A DNA stretch of 64,000 nucleotides, taken from Spirochaetia bacterium. Lineage in GTDB: Bacteria; Spirochaetota; Spirochaetia; DSM-2461. The translations under genes were made by a program, and so were the position numbers. Numbering within the stretch: the stretch's first letter is position 1; the number at the start of each line of letters is the position of its first letter. Positions 18,988 to 28,885 of the stretch are shown here, piece after piece. The DNA lies in the NCBI GenBank assembly GCA_963666985.2, contig CAXXIA010000001.1, positions 512,001 to 576,000 of the forward strand, read 5' to 3'. A model generated the notes under the pieces. The model ran no database searches. It saw nothing but the letters and a program-made list of their open reading frames with translations, and was not told the origin of the DNA.

Positions 18988-20241
18988 ATGGCGACCCTGA
19001 AGGACATTGCGGATCGGGCCGGTGTCTCCATAGGCACCGTGGATCGGATTATTCACGACCGGGGACGGTATTCCAAAGAAACCGCCGAGAAGGTTCGGCG
19101 GATTTTGGAAGAAACCGACTACAGGCCCAATGTCATGGCCCGGCATCTTTCCAAATCCGGTACATGCAGGCTCGCCGCTCTGATTCCCGAATCCGGCCAA
19201 GACAGCGGGTACTGGGCCGTACCTCTCAACGGCATGCGTTTGGCCGAAAAGGAACTCGAACCTTTCGGATTGAGCCTTGAAGTGATTTTTTTTGACCGGT
19301 TTCGAAAGAACGGCCTTATCGACGCGGGAGGCACTCTGATCGGCCGGAATGATATCGACGGGCTTCTGATGGCTCCCATGAGACCGGATGAGGCGGAAGA
19401 TCTGCTGGAAAGGCTTCATTCGAAAATCCCGGTTGTGTGCTTTGATACCGATCTTCCGGGAACGAAGCGTATGAGCTATATCGGCCAGGATTCCTATAAA
19501 AGCGGACATCTGGGAGCGCGGCTCACGATGATGAGCGCCCGCAGCGCCCGCAGCGAAAACGGCGCAAACAGCATTCACAGCATCCGCAGCGCCCGCAGCG
19601 AAAACGGCGCAAACAGCATCCACAGCGCCTGCAGTGCCCGCAGCGAAAACGGCACAAACAGCATCCATAGCGCGATCGGCGATCCCCGCGGGCCGAGCGG
19701 GAAACAAGAAAGAAGCGGGAAAAGCGTAAAACCTGACGAACCTACAACCGTCCCAACCCCCCCGGCGAAATATCTGGTTGTCGCACCGATGGACGACAAC
19801 GTGCATCTTGAAAAGCGGCGGCGCGGATTCATCGATGGCGTAAACAATATCGGCGGCAGCTCTGAAGTGCTGCGGATTACCGTGGAGTCGGACGGCGATA
19901 CCGCCAATTTTTACAAACTCCTGGATGAACATATTACATCGGAAACGGCCGGTATTTTCGTTGTGAACGCCTCAACACACTTTATCGCCGAGTATCTGAA
20001 TGAGCGAAATCTGTGCATCGCGCTAGTCGGTTACGACCTGGTTCCTGAAAACAAGAAATGGCTGGAGAAGGGCTTAATCGATTTTCTACTCACCCAGAGA
20101 CCGGTACAGCAGGGGTATCGGGCCGTTCGCTACCTTTTTCGGAAAATCGTGATGGGCGAGGATTGCCCGGACCATGAATACACGCCCATCGACATCGTGG
20201 CGCGTGAAAACCTGGAATACCTGGACGAGGAGAATCAATGA
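18988..20241 (+). CDS. LacI-family regulator with an internal tandem-repeat insertion
   Basis: TLKDIADRAGVSIGTVDRIIHDRG HTH and a periplasmic-binding-protein domain (YIGQDSYKSG, LVGYDL, QRPVQQGY). RBS GAGG precedes ATG 18988. Confidence 0.93.
   Translation: MATLKDIADRAGVSIGTVDRIIHDRGRYSKETAEKVRRILEETDYRPNVMARHLSKSGTCRLAALIPESGQDSGYWAVPLNGMRLAEKELEPFGLSLEVIFFDRFRKNGLIDAGGTLIGRNDIDGLLMAPMRPDEAEDLLERLHSKIPVVCFDTDLPGTKRMSYIGQDSYKSGHLGARLTMMSARSARSENGANSIHSIRSARSENGANSIHSACSARSENGTNSIHSAIGDPRGPSGKQERSGKSVKPDEPTTVPTPPAKYLVVAPMDDNVHLEKRRRGFIDGVNNIGGSSEVLRITVESDGDTANFYKLLDEHITSETAGIFVVNASTHFIAEYLNERNLCIALVGYDLVPENKKWLEKGLIDFLLTQRPVQQGYRAVRYLFRKIVMGEDCPDHEYTPIDIVARENLEYLDEENQ
19534..19668 (+). repeat. 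Three 45-bp in-frame tandem repeats built from 9-bp subunits
   Basis: AGCGCCCGC AGCGCCCGC AGCGAAAAC GGCGCAAAC AGCATTCAC occurs three times with few substitutions and encodes S-x-x-SARSENG(A/T)NSIH. Confidence 0.95.
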
Positions 20242-20948
20242 ACGATAAGTACAAAGACATCAAAGAAGAATGCTATGAGGCCAACATGGAGATTCCCCGC
20301 AGGAATCTGGCCATTTACACATTCGGCAACGTCAGTGTTCTCGACCGCTCGGCCGGCATCTTCGCCATCAAGCCAAGCGGCGTATCCTACGACGAGCTGA
20401 AGCCGACCAATATCGTTCTTTGCGACATGAACGGCAATCGCATCGAAGGAACGCTGAATCCCAGCTCCGACACCAAAACCCATGCGGTCCTCTACACCGC
20501 ATTCGACGGCATCGGCGGCGTGGTTCACACTCATTCCACCTTTGCGGTCGGCTGGGCCCAATCCCTGCAGCCCCTTGTTATCTACGGAACCACCCATGCC
20601 GATCACAGTGCCCAGGACATTCCCTGCACGCCCCCCATGTCGGATGAAATGATCAAAGGCGATTACGAAATCGAGACCGGCAACCAAATCGTTCAGCATT
20701 TTGCCCGTTTGAACCTGAATCCGAATGAAAATCAGATGGTTCTTGTGGGCAGTCACGGACCCTTTACCTGGGGCAAAACGGCGGCCAAGGCCGTTTATAA
20801 CGCCGTGGTTCTGGAGGAAATTGCCAAAATGGCCGTGATAACCCGGACGGTGAATCCCGAAGTCCCGCGCCTGAAAGAGGCGCTCCGCCGCAAGCATTAC
20901 GAGAGGAAGCATGGGCCCAATGCGTATTACGGGCAGGGAAAAGAATAA
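20238..20948 (+). CDS. araD: L-ribulose-5-phosphate 4-epimerase
   Basis: TFGNVS, IKPSGV, PSSDTKTH, VVHTHS, GTTHAD, HGPFTWG and HYERKHGPNAYYGQ motifs. Confidence 0.97.
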   Translation: MNDKYKDIKEECYEANMEIPRRNLAIYTFGNVSVLDRSAGIFAIKPSGVSYDELKPTNIVLCDMNGNRIEGTLNPSSDTKTHAVLYTAFDGIGGVVHTHSTFAVGWAQSLQPLVIYGTTHADHSAQDIPCTPPMSDEMIKGDYEIETGNQIVQHFARLNLNPNENQMVLVGSHGPFTWGKTAAKAVYNAVVLEEIAKMAVITRTVNPEVPRLKEALRRKHYERKHGPNAYYGQGKE

Positions 20949-21007
20949 GATTTTTTGGGTGATCCCCGAAGCCGCGCGGCCGATGCCGCCAAGGGAAGGA
21001 GTAAAAA

Positions 21008-22516
21008 ATGGATAAAAGCGTTTTTAATCGGTATGAAGTCTGGTTCGTCACCGGATCGCAGAATCTCTACGGCGAGGAAACCCTGAAGCAGGTTGCCGCG
21101 GACGCGAAGAAAATCGTCGAAGGCCTGAACGCCTCGGGCGCTCTCGCCGTGAAATTGGTCTGGAAAGAAACCTTGAAATCCACCGAAGAAGTCTGCAGGC
21201 TCATGCGGGATGCGAACGCCGATGATGCCTGTATCGGGCTTGTTACCTGGATGCACACCTTCAGCCCGGCCAAAATGTGGATAACCGGTTTATCCGAACT
21301 CAATAAGCCTTTCTGCCAGTTCCACACCCAATTCAACCGCGACATCCCCTGGGCCACCATCGATATGGACTTCATGAATTTGAACCAAACCGCCCACGGC
21401 GGCCGGGAGTTCGGATTCATCGGAAGCCGGCTGCGCCTGGAGAGGAAAGTCGTCGTTGGTCATTGGGAAGATCCCGAAGCGCGCCGGCGCATCGATGTCT
21501 GGATGCGGGCCGCGGCCGCTTTCGCCGACGGGAAGTCCCTGAAGCTGGCTCGCTTCGGCGACAACATGCGGGAAGTGGCCGTTACCGAAGGCGACAAAGT
21601 GGAGGCCCAGAAAGTGTTCGGGTATGCGGTCCACGGCTACGCCTTGGGGGATCTTGTCCAATACACCGACGCGGTAAACGATGCCGATATCGACGTATTG
21701 GTGGCCGAATATAAGGACCTTTACGTGTGGGGCAAGGGGCTGGATTCGGGCGTCGGACTTCAGAGAGTCCGGACCGGTGCCCGCCTGGAAATCGGTTTCC
21801 GCCGATTTTTGGAAAGCGTCGGCGCCAAAGCCTTCACAACGACTTTTGAGAATCTCTATGGGCTGGAACAGCTTCCCGGTTTAGCCTGCCAGAGGCTGAT
21901 GGCCGACGGCTACGGCTTCGGCGCCGAGGGAGACTGGAAAACATCCGCACTGCTTCGGGCCATGAAAGTGATGGCCGCGGGACTCCCCGGAGGAACATCC
22001 TTCATCGAGGATTACACCTACCATTTCGATCCGGCACGTCCCTTAGCCCTCGGTTCCCATATGCTGGAAGTCTGTCCGAGCATCGCCGAAGGACCGGTAC
22101 GGCTTGAAGCTCAGCCCTTGGGTATCGGCGGCAAGGACGATCCGGCGCGTCTGATCTTCGATTCACCGGCCGGCCCCGCTTTTAATCTGGCCGTGATGGA
22201 CATGGGCAACCGCTTCCGCTTTGTGTTGAATGAAGTGGAGGCCGTGAAGCCTCCGGCGGATCTGCCGAAACTTCCCGTGGCGCGCGTTGTTTGGGAAGCC
22301 AAACCGAGTTTGGCCGTCGCGGCGGCCGCCTGGATCTATGCCGGCGGAACGCATCATTCGGGCTATTCGCAAGCCCTGACACGCGAGCACATCGTCGATT
22401 ATGCGTCCATGGCCGGTGTTGAACTCTTAAGCATCGGAGAGAACACCACCGTCGAAGGCATCAGAAACGAGATTCGCTGGAACGAAATGTATTATTGGCT
22501 GGCCAAAGGCCTGTAG
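21008..22516 (+). CDS. araA: L-arabinose isomerase
   Basis: WFVTGSQNLYG, WMHTFSPAKMW, DMDFMNLNQTAHGGREFG, RFGDNMREVAVTEGDK, GAEGDWKT and HMLEVCP motifs. Confidence 0.98.
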   Translation: MDKSVFNRYEVWFVTGSQNLYGEETLKQVAADAKKIVEGLNASGALAVKLVWKETLKSTEEVCRLMRDANADDACIGLVTWMHTFSPAKMWITGLSELNKPFCQFHTQFNRDIPWATIDMDFMNLNQTAHGGREFGFIGSRLRLERKVVVGHWEDPEARRRIDVWMRAAAAFADGKSLKLARFGDNMREVAVTEGDKVEAQKVFGYAVHGYALGDLVQYTDAVNDADIDVLVAEYKDLYVWGKGLDSGVGLQRVRTGARLEIGFRRFLESVGAKAFTTTFENLYGLEQLPGLACQRLMADGYGFGAEGDWKTSALLRAMKVMAAGLPGGTSFIEDYTYHFDPARPLALGSHMLEVCPSIAEGPVRLEAQPLGIGGKDDPARLIFDSPAGPAFNLAVMDMGNRFRFVLNEVEAVKPPADLPKLPVARVVWEAKPSLAVAAAAWIYAGGTHHSGYSQALTREHIVDYASMAGVELLSIGENTTVEGIRNEIRWNEMYYWLAKGL

Positions 22517-23908
22517 ATGAACCTTGAACGATTACTGGAACTTGCCGTAACCACCCGACTTATCAGGAGCGGAGCGGATTTACTGCGGCGAGTTCCTGAA
22601 ATCCTTGATGAGGCTCTGGAAAGAGCCGGGAACGTCGCCGACTCTTCCGGTCTTGACGCCGCTGCGGACGGGCGAAAAGAACTCGGGCCGATACTCATCG
22701 CCGATGAGAACACATGGGAAGCCGCCGGCCGGGAAGTTGAAGCGGCCTTTAACAGCGCAGGCCGGCCCGTATCCTTTGTGAAGCTCTTTCCGGGATCGCC
22801 CCCGCTTAAGGCCGAATACAGACACGTCACGGCTCTTGTGGAGGAACTGCACAGCCGCGATGGTTTTGTTATAGCCGTGGGAAGCGGAACCGTAAACGAT
22901 TTGGTGAAACTCTCCTGCGGCGAAATGAAGCGGCCCTACGGTGTTGTGGGCACCGCGGCATCCATGGACGGATATTCCTCTCAAGGTGCGGCCGTTCTCA
23001 AGGAGGGACTGAAGCAGACCCTGAAATGCCCGGCTCCGGTGTTTATCGTTGCCGATACTCAGGTTCTTGCGGAAGCGCCGCCGGGAATGTCCGCCTCGGG
23101 CTATGCCGATTTGGCCGCGAAGATTCCGGCCGGACTGGACTGGATTCTGGCGGATCGTCTCGGCGCCGACCCGATCGATCCTGTCGCCTGGGCCATGGTA
23201 CATGAAGGTTTGGAAGATCGTTTGGCCCCGGCCGCGGGAGTCGGACGGGGAGACGGTGAGGCGTTGAATTTCTTGTTCGAGGGACTGACCGCAACCGGAT
23301 GCTCCATGCAGTACTATGGAGAATCCAGGCCCGTGGCCGGAGGTGAGCATCAGTTTTCCCATGTTCTGGAGATGGAAGGCTGGCAATATAAAGGTCGTTC
23401 TCCCTCGCACGGTTTCAAAGTGGGTGTGGGATCTTTGGCCTCGCTGAGAGTATTCCGTGAGCTTCTTGCTTTTCTCGAATCGGGTGAAAGGCTTGGACCG
23501 CAAAAAATTGAGGAACTTGTTGCCGCCTATCCTTCGCTTGAGTCCGAATTGTCCGAAGCGATGAGTCTTTTCGGAGATTCTCCTGCTTTGGAATCCGTTA
23601 AGGCGGTTCTGGCGGAAAAAAGGCCGTCTCCGGACGTGCTTCGGACGAGATTATCTGTACTTGAAAGGAATAGGGAAGGCATTATCACTGATTTAAAGGC
23701 CCGAATGCCCGATTATGAAACTTTTCGCGGGCGGCTGGCCGCGGCAGGTGCGCCTTCGTCGGCCGCCGATATCGGTTTGGACGGAGCAAAAGTGGTACGA
23801 ACCCTGAAATCCGCCCGAATGATCAGAAACCGCTACGGCGGGCTGGATTTGGCGTACGAGCTGGGTCTGTTCGATTCGATTACGGAGAAAGTCGGCCGGG
23901 AGATTTGA
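22517..23908 (+). CDS. araM: sn-glycerol-1-phosphate dehydrogenase (AraM/EgsA-like)
   Basis: AVGSGTVNDL, TAASMDGY, SRPVAGGEHQFSH and HGFKVGV motifs. Located in an ara operon, as in Bacillus subtilis. Confidence 0.85.
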   Translation: MNLERLLELAVTTRLIRSGADLLRRVPEILDEALERAGNVADSSGLDAAADGRKELGPILIADENTWEAAGREVEAAFNSAGRPVSFVKLFPGSPPLKAEYRHVTALVEELHSRDGFVIAVGSGTVNDLVKLSCGEMKRPYGVVGTAASMDGYSSQGAAVLKEGLKQTLKCPAPVFIVADTQVLAEAPPGMSASGYADLAAKIPAGLDWILADRLGADPIDPVAWAMVHEGLEDRLAPAAGVGRGDGEALNFLFEGLTATGCSMQYYGESRPVAGGEHQFSHVLEMEGWQYKGRSPSHGFKVGVGSLASLRVFRELLAFLESGERLGPQKIEELVAAYPSLESELSEAMSLFGDSPALESVKAVLAEKRPSPDVLRTRLSVLERNREGIITDLKARMPDYETFRGRLAAAGAPSSAADIGLDGAKVVRTLKSARMIRNRYGGLDLAYELGLFDSITEKVGREI

Positions 23909-24118
23909 CACATCAGGTATCAATAACTCCAATTGCTCCGATTCTTTAAGAATAAAAACTTCTGTAATAAGAAAATATTGAATTTTCTCATTCACAAAAT
24001 AATCTGTAAATATTTTGTAAAATTGGAAAATTGAGAAATTATCGCTTAGTATGGAAAGAGGGGAAAAAAATTACGGTATATAAAGACGTAGCTATATACC
24101 GCATGGAAAGGAATATCA

Positions 24119-25078
24119 GTGATTCCAAACAAAGCACATTTTATTTGGATTGGCGATTACTTTTCATGGCTCAGTTATATATCTGTATTGAGCTGTCTGC
24201 GGAACGGGGGATTCGATGAAGTTCATCTACATTTTGTCGGTCCTTCAAATAACAGCCCCTATTTAGAGTCTCTTAAGAAATTCAGAGTTTTCAAAGTCCA
24301 TTTCAGTTCTTCCATGAATATATTCCAAGAATGCGGAGAATATGCTTCGAGACTGGAAGAACTCTACCAAAAAGTGGAGAATTCCTACGTCATAAAATCC
24401 AATATTCTGAGATATGCCGTACTTTATTCCTCAGGTGGAGTCTATTTCGATTGTGATTTTCTTGTCTTAAAGCCTTTTTCGAAATTGCTTAATGAAAAAA
24501 ATGCACTATTGGGGAAAGAAAAAATATTAGCGCCTTACAAAGTAATTAAATCTAGAAATCCTATCATAAAGCTTATTCTCAAGATGAAAGTACTCATTCG
24601 GCTTTTATGTGCAAAAATCCCAAAAGGTTATATAATATATAATAAACTTAATATAAATCATGAAGCTTTTAACAATGCCTTAATTGGTTCCATTGAAAAA
24701 GGGGATTTGATCATTGAAATTATTGAATCACTTCTTAAAATTGATTGTAAAAAAATTAATAAAGCTTACTATACCGGTACATACTTACTTCAGAACGTTA
24801 TGGAATTGATGAAAGAGAATACAGATATAAGCATTTATGATTCTTCTTACTTTTTTCCAATATCGCCAATTATTTCGGAGCATTTATTTAAAAAATATCG
24901 CCAAGTCAGGCTGGAAAAGATAATAACCGATAATGCATATGCACTTCATTGGTATTCCGCGACTTTTCGGAATAATTCTGAATTCGCCTTGTCTTGTACA
25001 ATAGATTCATTATATGAAGGAAATAAAAAGACTATATTTTACGATATAATTGAAAAGTTTTCTATTAATAATGATTAA
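24119..25078 (+). CDS. GT32/DXD sugar-binding glycosyltransferase
   Basis: MIPNKAHFIWIG, SNILRYAVLYSSGGVYFDCD and YALHWY motifs. Confidence 0.88.
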   Translation: MIPNKAHFIWIGDYFSWLSYISVLSCLRNGGFDEVHLHFVGPSNNSPYLESLKKFRVFKVHFSSSMNIFQECGEYASRLEELYQKVENSYVIKSNILRYAVLYSSGGVYFDCDFLVLKPFSKLLNEKNALLGKEKILAPYKVIKSRNPIIKLILKMKVLIRLLCAKIPKGYIIYNKLNINHEAFNNALIGSIEKGDLIIEIIESLLKIDCKKINKAYYTGTYLLQNVMELMKENTDISIYDSSYFFPISPIISEHLFKKYRQVRLEKIITDNAYALHWYSATFRNNSEFALSCTIDSLYEGNKKTIFYDIIEKFSINND

Positions 25079-25093
25079 GTTTAGGAGTATATC

Positions 25094-25924
25094 TTGGTTT
25101 ATATAAGCTGCACAACAACAAGGAAACGCTTATCGCTGTTCTATTTTACCTACAAATCTTTAAAGCGTCAGAAGTATGATAAATATAAAATCGTTCTTAA
25201 TATTTCATCGGAAGGATACTTATATGATGAAGGAATCTCAAGTATACCCGATTGGTTAGAAAAAGAAGATATTATAATTAAATGGGTTCCGAATACAGGG
25301 CCTTATAGAAAACTTTTACCGTTAATAAATGATATTGATGAAATGGATATAGTAATTACTGTTGATGATGATATTTTGTATCATGAAAATTGGCTAAAAG
25401 AGTTTGTTGATGCAGGGGAAAAAAATAAAGACAAAATAATTGCCGCAAGAGGAAGGTTCGTTAGAAAAACAATCTTTGGGAATTATAAAAATTATAGACA
25501 ATGGTCTGTATGTAGAGATAAAAGCTTTGGGCTAAATATAATTGCAGTTGGATGCGGTGGAATCCTTTATAGAAAATCTTTGATTGATTTAAGCTTTATT
25601 AATGATGAAGCATTTGTAAACATCTCACCTACAAGTGACGATTTATGGTTTAAGTGCGCAGAATTATTAAAGGGAACTGAAATTTTTGTTGATCCTTTAA
25701 TTGATAACGACAATATTACTTTAGACCATAAGTATGGCTTATTTAAACAAGGTAATAGTTTGGTTAATAGAAATGAAACTGTATTTAAAATTGGTATAAA
25801 GCTTATAATTGACTATATATTTGGACACCTGGGAATAAATACTGGAAAGAATGATAAGAATTGGGATGAGATTGGAAAATATTTAAAAAGAAAATATAAC
25901 TTTAGAATTAAAGATGTAATCTGA
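25094..25924 (+). CDS. GT-A fold glycosyltransferase-like protein
   Basis: SCTTTRKR, NTGPYRKLLP, ITVDDDILY, GCGGILY and DDLWF motifs. Paralogue of 50362-51231. Confidence 0.8.
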   Translation: MVYISCTTTRKRLSLFYFTYKSLKRQKYDKYKIVLNISSEGYLYDEGISSIPDWLEKEDIIIKWVPNTGPYRKLLPLINDIDEMDIVITVDDDILYHENWLKEFVDAGEKNKDKIIAARGRFVRKTIFGNYKNYRQWSVCRDKSFGLNIIAVGCGGILYRKSLIDLSFINDEAFVNISPTSDDLWFKCAELLKGTEIFVDPLIDNDNITLDHKYGLFKQGNSLVNRNETVFKIGIKLIIDYIFGHLGINTGKNDKNWDEIGKYLKRKYNFRIKDVI

Positions 25925-25965
25925 TGGTCTTACTCTTTTAGATTGATTTTAAAGGGAGCTGTTAG

Positions 25966-26862
25966 TTGAAATATTTTTTTTCAATAATAATGCCTCTTTT
26001 TAATAAAATGGATTATTGTAAACTCTCAATCCAATCCGTTGTAAATCAAAGTTTTAAAGATTACGAGTTAATAATTGTAAATGATGGATCGACTGATAAT
26101 AGCGTTGAGATAGTAAATGAGTTTCTTGATAATCCACAAATAAAATTATTTTCTATTACGAATCATGGGGTTTCATATGCCAGAAATTATGGCGTAAAGA
26201 GAGCTAATGGATTATATGTATCATTTTTAGATGCTGACGATCTATATCATTCGGAATATCTTAAGATAATGCATGCTGCAATTAAAACTTATCCTGAAAA
26301 AAAATGGTTTGGAACAGGCTATATCAAGAGCAATAATCCATCATTAAATGATCTTAATAAAGTTTCTAATGACGAATTTAAAATTATAGATTATTATGAA
26401 GCTTCAATTAAATCCGGCAAATATAGAAGTATAATTCATATTTCTTCAACAGTAATTGAATTAAACTTATTTAAAGAAATTGGAGGTTTTACTGAAAACG
26501 CAACACATTGGGAAGATTATGATCTTTTTTTTAGATTGGCAGATAACAATAAACTTATTTTTTTTGATTCCCCGTTAACATACTATCGTATTGGCTTTTT
26601 AGATAGTTTATCACAATCGAATAATCATAGAGTTGAACCCACGAAATTATTTTCTTTAGAAAATTTTAAATCAAGAAACAGGTATAAAAGAAAGCTTTAT
26701 TCATTATTAATTAAAGACTACTTAGATATTTATTTGGACTTTGATGGGAATATAATAAAAATTGATAAGGTTAAATGTCTTAGGTATGCATTTATGACTT
26801 TCTTCATTGGGCCCAAATCTCTTCTATATATATTGAAGACGTTTAAATTGCTTTTTTTTTAA
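25966..26862 (+). CDS. GT2 glycosyltransferase
   Basis: FSIIMPLFN, VNDGSTD, NHGVSYARN, FLDADD and EDYDL motifs. Confidence 0.93.
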   Translation: MKYFFSIIMPLFNKMDYCKLSIQSVVNQSFKDYELIIVNDGSTDNSVEIVNEFLDNPQIKLFSITNHGVSYARNYGVKRANGLYVSFLDADDLYHSEYLKIMHAAIKTYPEKKWFGTGYIKSNNPSLNDLNKVSNDEFKIIDYYEASIKSGKYRSIIHISSTVIELNLFKEIGGFTENATHWEDYDLFFRLADNNKLIFFDSPLTYYRIGFLDSLSQSNNHRVEPTKLFSLENFKSRNRYKRKLYSLLIKDYLDIYLDFDGNIIKIDKVKCLRYAFMTFFIGPKSLLYILKTFKLLFF

Positions 26863-26878
26863 AGAGGATTTAAACTAA

Positions 26879-27784
26879 ATGAAATTGTCGGTTATTGTCC
26901 CGATTTATAATACTGAAAAATATCTTAAAAAATGCATTGATTCTATTTTGGCGCAATCTTTTCCAGATTTCGAATTAATTCTAATAAATGACGGATCAAC
27001 GGATAACTCCGGTACTATTTGTGACAATTATGCAAAAAGAGATTCTAGAATTATTGTTATTCAGCAGGTTAATAAAGGATTATCTTATTCTCGTAATCTT
27101 GGGAAGAAAATTGCAAAAGGTGAATATTTATCTTTTATAGATAGTGATGATTATATTCATCCGAAGATGTTTATAGATATGATTAATAACTTAAAAGATC
27201 ATAATGCTGACATATCAATCTGTAATTTTAAAGTTATTGGTGTAAAACAGCCTGTAAAAATATTTTATATAGAAACATTTGGAATAAATGCATATTCAAG
27301 TAAGGATTACCTAATTTTGTCTCAATGTAGAAATCCCGTAGTCTGGAATAAGATATATAAAAGTTCTTTATGGAAGAATGTTGATTTTCCAATTAATCAT
27401 ATTAATGAAGATGAATTTGTAACATATAAAGTATTATATTCAGCGAATAGAATTGTTGTTACCGATAATAGGTATTACTATTATCGAAAAAGAAAAAATA
27501 GTATTATGGATTCTGATTCCTATTATAAAAAACTTGATTATATTTATGCACATAAGCTGAAAATTAAATATTTTAGAATGAAAAAAGAATCAGAATTGAA
27601 AGTTTTATCAATTGTATTATGGATTTCATCGCAAAAAGAAGTTTTGTTGCGTGCAATTAAACAATTCCATTTATTTATAATAATTAAAACATTGAGTTCA
27701 TTGGTATTTCACTTTTATTGGTTTTTTCTATTTAAAATATTTCAATTGAAGAAGAATATAAGGAATAGTAAGAGGTTTATTTAA
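26879..27784 (+). CDS. GT2 glycosyltransferase (EpsJ-like)
   Basis: LSVIVPIYN, INDGSTD, FIDSDD, VWNKIYK and NEDE motifs. Confidence 0.93.
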   Translation: MKLSVIVPIYNTEKYLKKCIDSILAQSFPDFELILINDGSTDNSGTICDNYAKRDSRIIVIQQVNKGLSYSRNLGKKIAKGEYLSFIDSDDYIHPKMFIDMINNLKDHNADISICNFKVIGVKQPVKIFYIETFGINAYSSKDYLILSQCRNPVVWNKIYKSSLWKNVDFPINHINEDEFVTYKVLYSANRIVVTDNRYYYYRKRKNSIMDSDSYYKKLDYIYAHKLKIKYFRMKKESELKVLSIVLWISSQKEVLLRAIKQFHLFIIIKTLSSLVFHFYWFFLFKIFQLKKNIRNSKRFI

Positions 27785-27838
27785 AATGTATAAACGATAT
27801 ATTGGAAATAGTGGGTATTTATGCGGTCGAAGACAGGG

Positions 27839-27865
27839 CACTACGGCTTTAGCCGTGGATGAATG
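27839..27865. mobile_element. IS200/IS605-type subterminal hairpin (orphan end or REP-like element)
   Basis: The minus strand reads CATTCATCCACGGC-TAAA-GCCGTAGTG, resembling IS200/IS605 end hairpins as recalled. It is a GC-rich patch within AT-rich DNA. Confidence 0.55.
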
Positions 27866-27902
27866 AGCTCCGAGTGTTAGTTGAATAAATAGAGAAAAAG
27901 TT

Positions 27903-28751
27903 ATGATACCTAGAATTATATGGATCTATTGGGATAAAGGTGAAAAAAATGCACCTTTCATTATAAAGAAATGCATTGAATCATGGCGAAGCAACAATAA
28001 AAAATGGGATGTTCGATTAATTGATAAAGAAACAATTTCTAATTTTATAGATATTGAAGTAGCAAAAGAAAAATTTGACAGATTATCGATACAAATTCAA
28101 TCGGATGTAATAAGAATTTCCTTGCTAAAGATCTATGGTGGAGTATGGGTTGATGCAAGTGCATATTGTCCAAAATCGCTGGATAGTTGGTTATATGATA
28201 TATGCGATTCCGGTTTTTTCATGTTTTCAAATCCTGGTCCTGACAGACTAATAGCGAGTTGGTTTATCGCGGCAGAAAAAGAAAATTATATACTCATTAC
28301 ACTATATGATTATTTTATAAATATAGTTAGGAAAAATAAATTTTATTTCAAGAATAGAACTTTATCAAAGATAAAAAGAAAAGTTTATAAATTTGTAAAA
28401 AATAGGTTTAATAAGAACATTGAAGTAACGAAATATTGGCTGAATCCAATTTGTTTAAAGATATTTCGGATCTATCCATATTTTTTATTTCACTATTGTT
28501 TCAACCATTTGGTATTGCATGATAAAAGGTTTAATAAAGAATGGTCTATCATGAAAAAAGTAAGTGCCGAAAATTCACACTTTCTTCAAAAAAAAGGATT
28601 ACTTTCAATCCCAACAGATGAAATAATGTGGAAAATATATGAAAATGAAATACTTGTCCATAAATTGAATTATAGATTTGATGAATCAAATTATTCAAAT
28701 AGAACTTTACTAGGTCGTTTTCTTGAATTTAATGAAAAAGGCAATAACTAA
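27903..28751 (+). CDS. Capsular polysaccharide synthesis protein (Caps_synth/GT32-like)
   Basis: MIPRIIWIYWDKG, CIESW, SDVIRISLLKIYGGVWVDA, ASWFIAA, YFLFHY and HKL motifs. Confidence 0.9.
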   Translation: MIPRIIWIYWDKGEKNAPFIIKKCIESWRSNNKKWDVRLIDKETISNFIDIEVAKEKFDRLSIQIQSDVIRISLLKIYGGVWVDASAYCPKSLDSWLYDICDSGFFMFSNPGPDRLIASWFIAAEKENYILITLYDYFINIVRKNKFYFKNRTLSKIKRKVYKFVKNRFNKNIEVTKYWLNPICLKIFRIYPYFLFHYCFNHLVLHDKRFNKEWSIMKKVSAENSHFLQKKGLLSIPTDEIMWKIYENEILVHKLNYRFDESNYSNRTLLGRFLEFNEKGNN

Positions 28752-28885
28752 TAGAATTATATCTCTCTAAAATATGGTAAATAGTTAAAAAATTTATGGT
28801 TCTAATAATTGATGGAGCATTCATGCATTTCACCATTCGAACAGGTTATTCAAACACACAGTATTGTGTGAAATCCTAGAAATAG

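Noticed and set aside
19534..19668. Possible CRISPR array
   Set aside because: The repeats are directly adjacent with no unique spacers, lie in frame within a CDS, and have no cas genes nearby.
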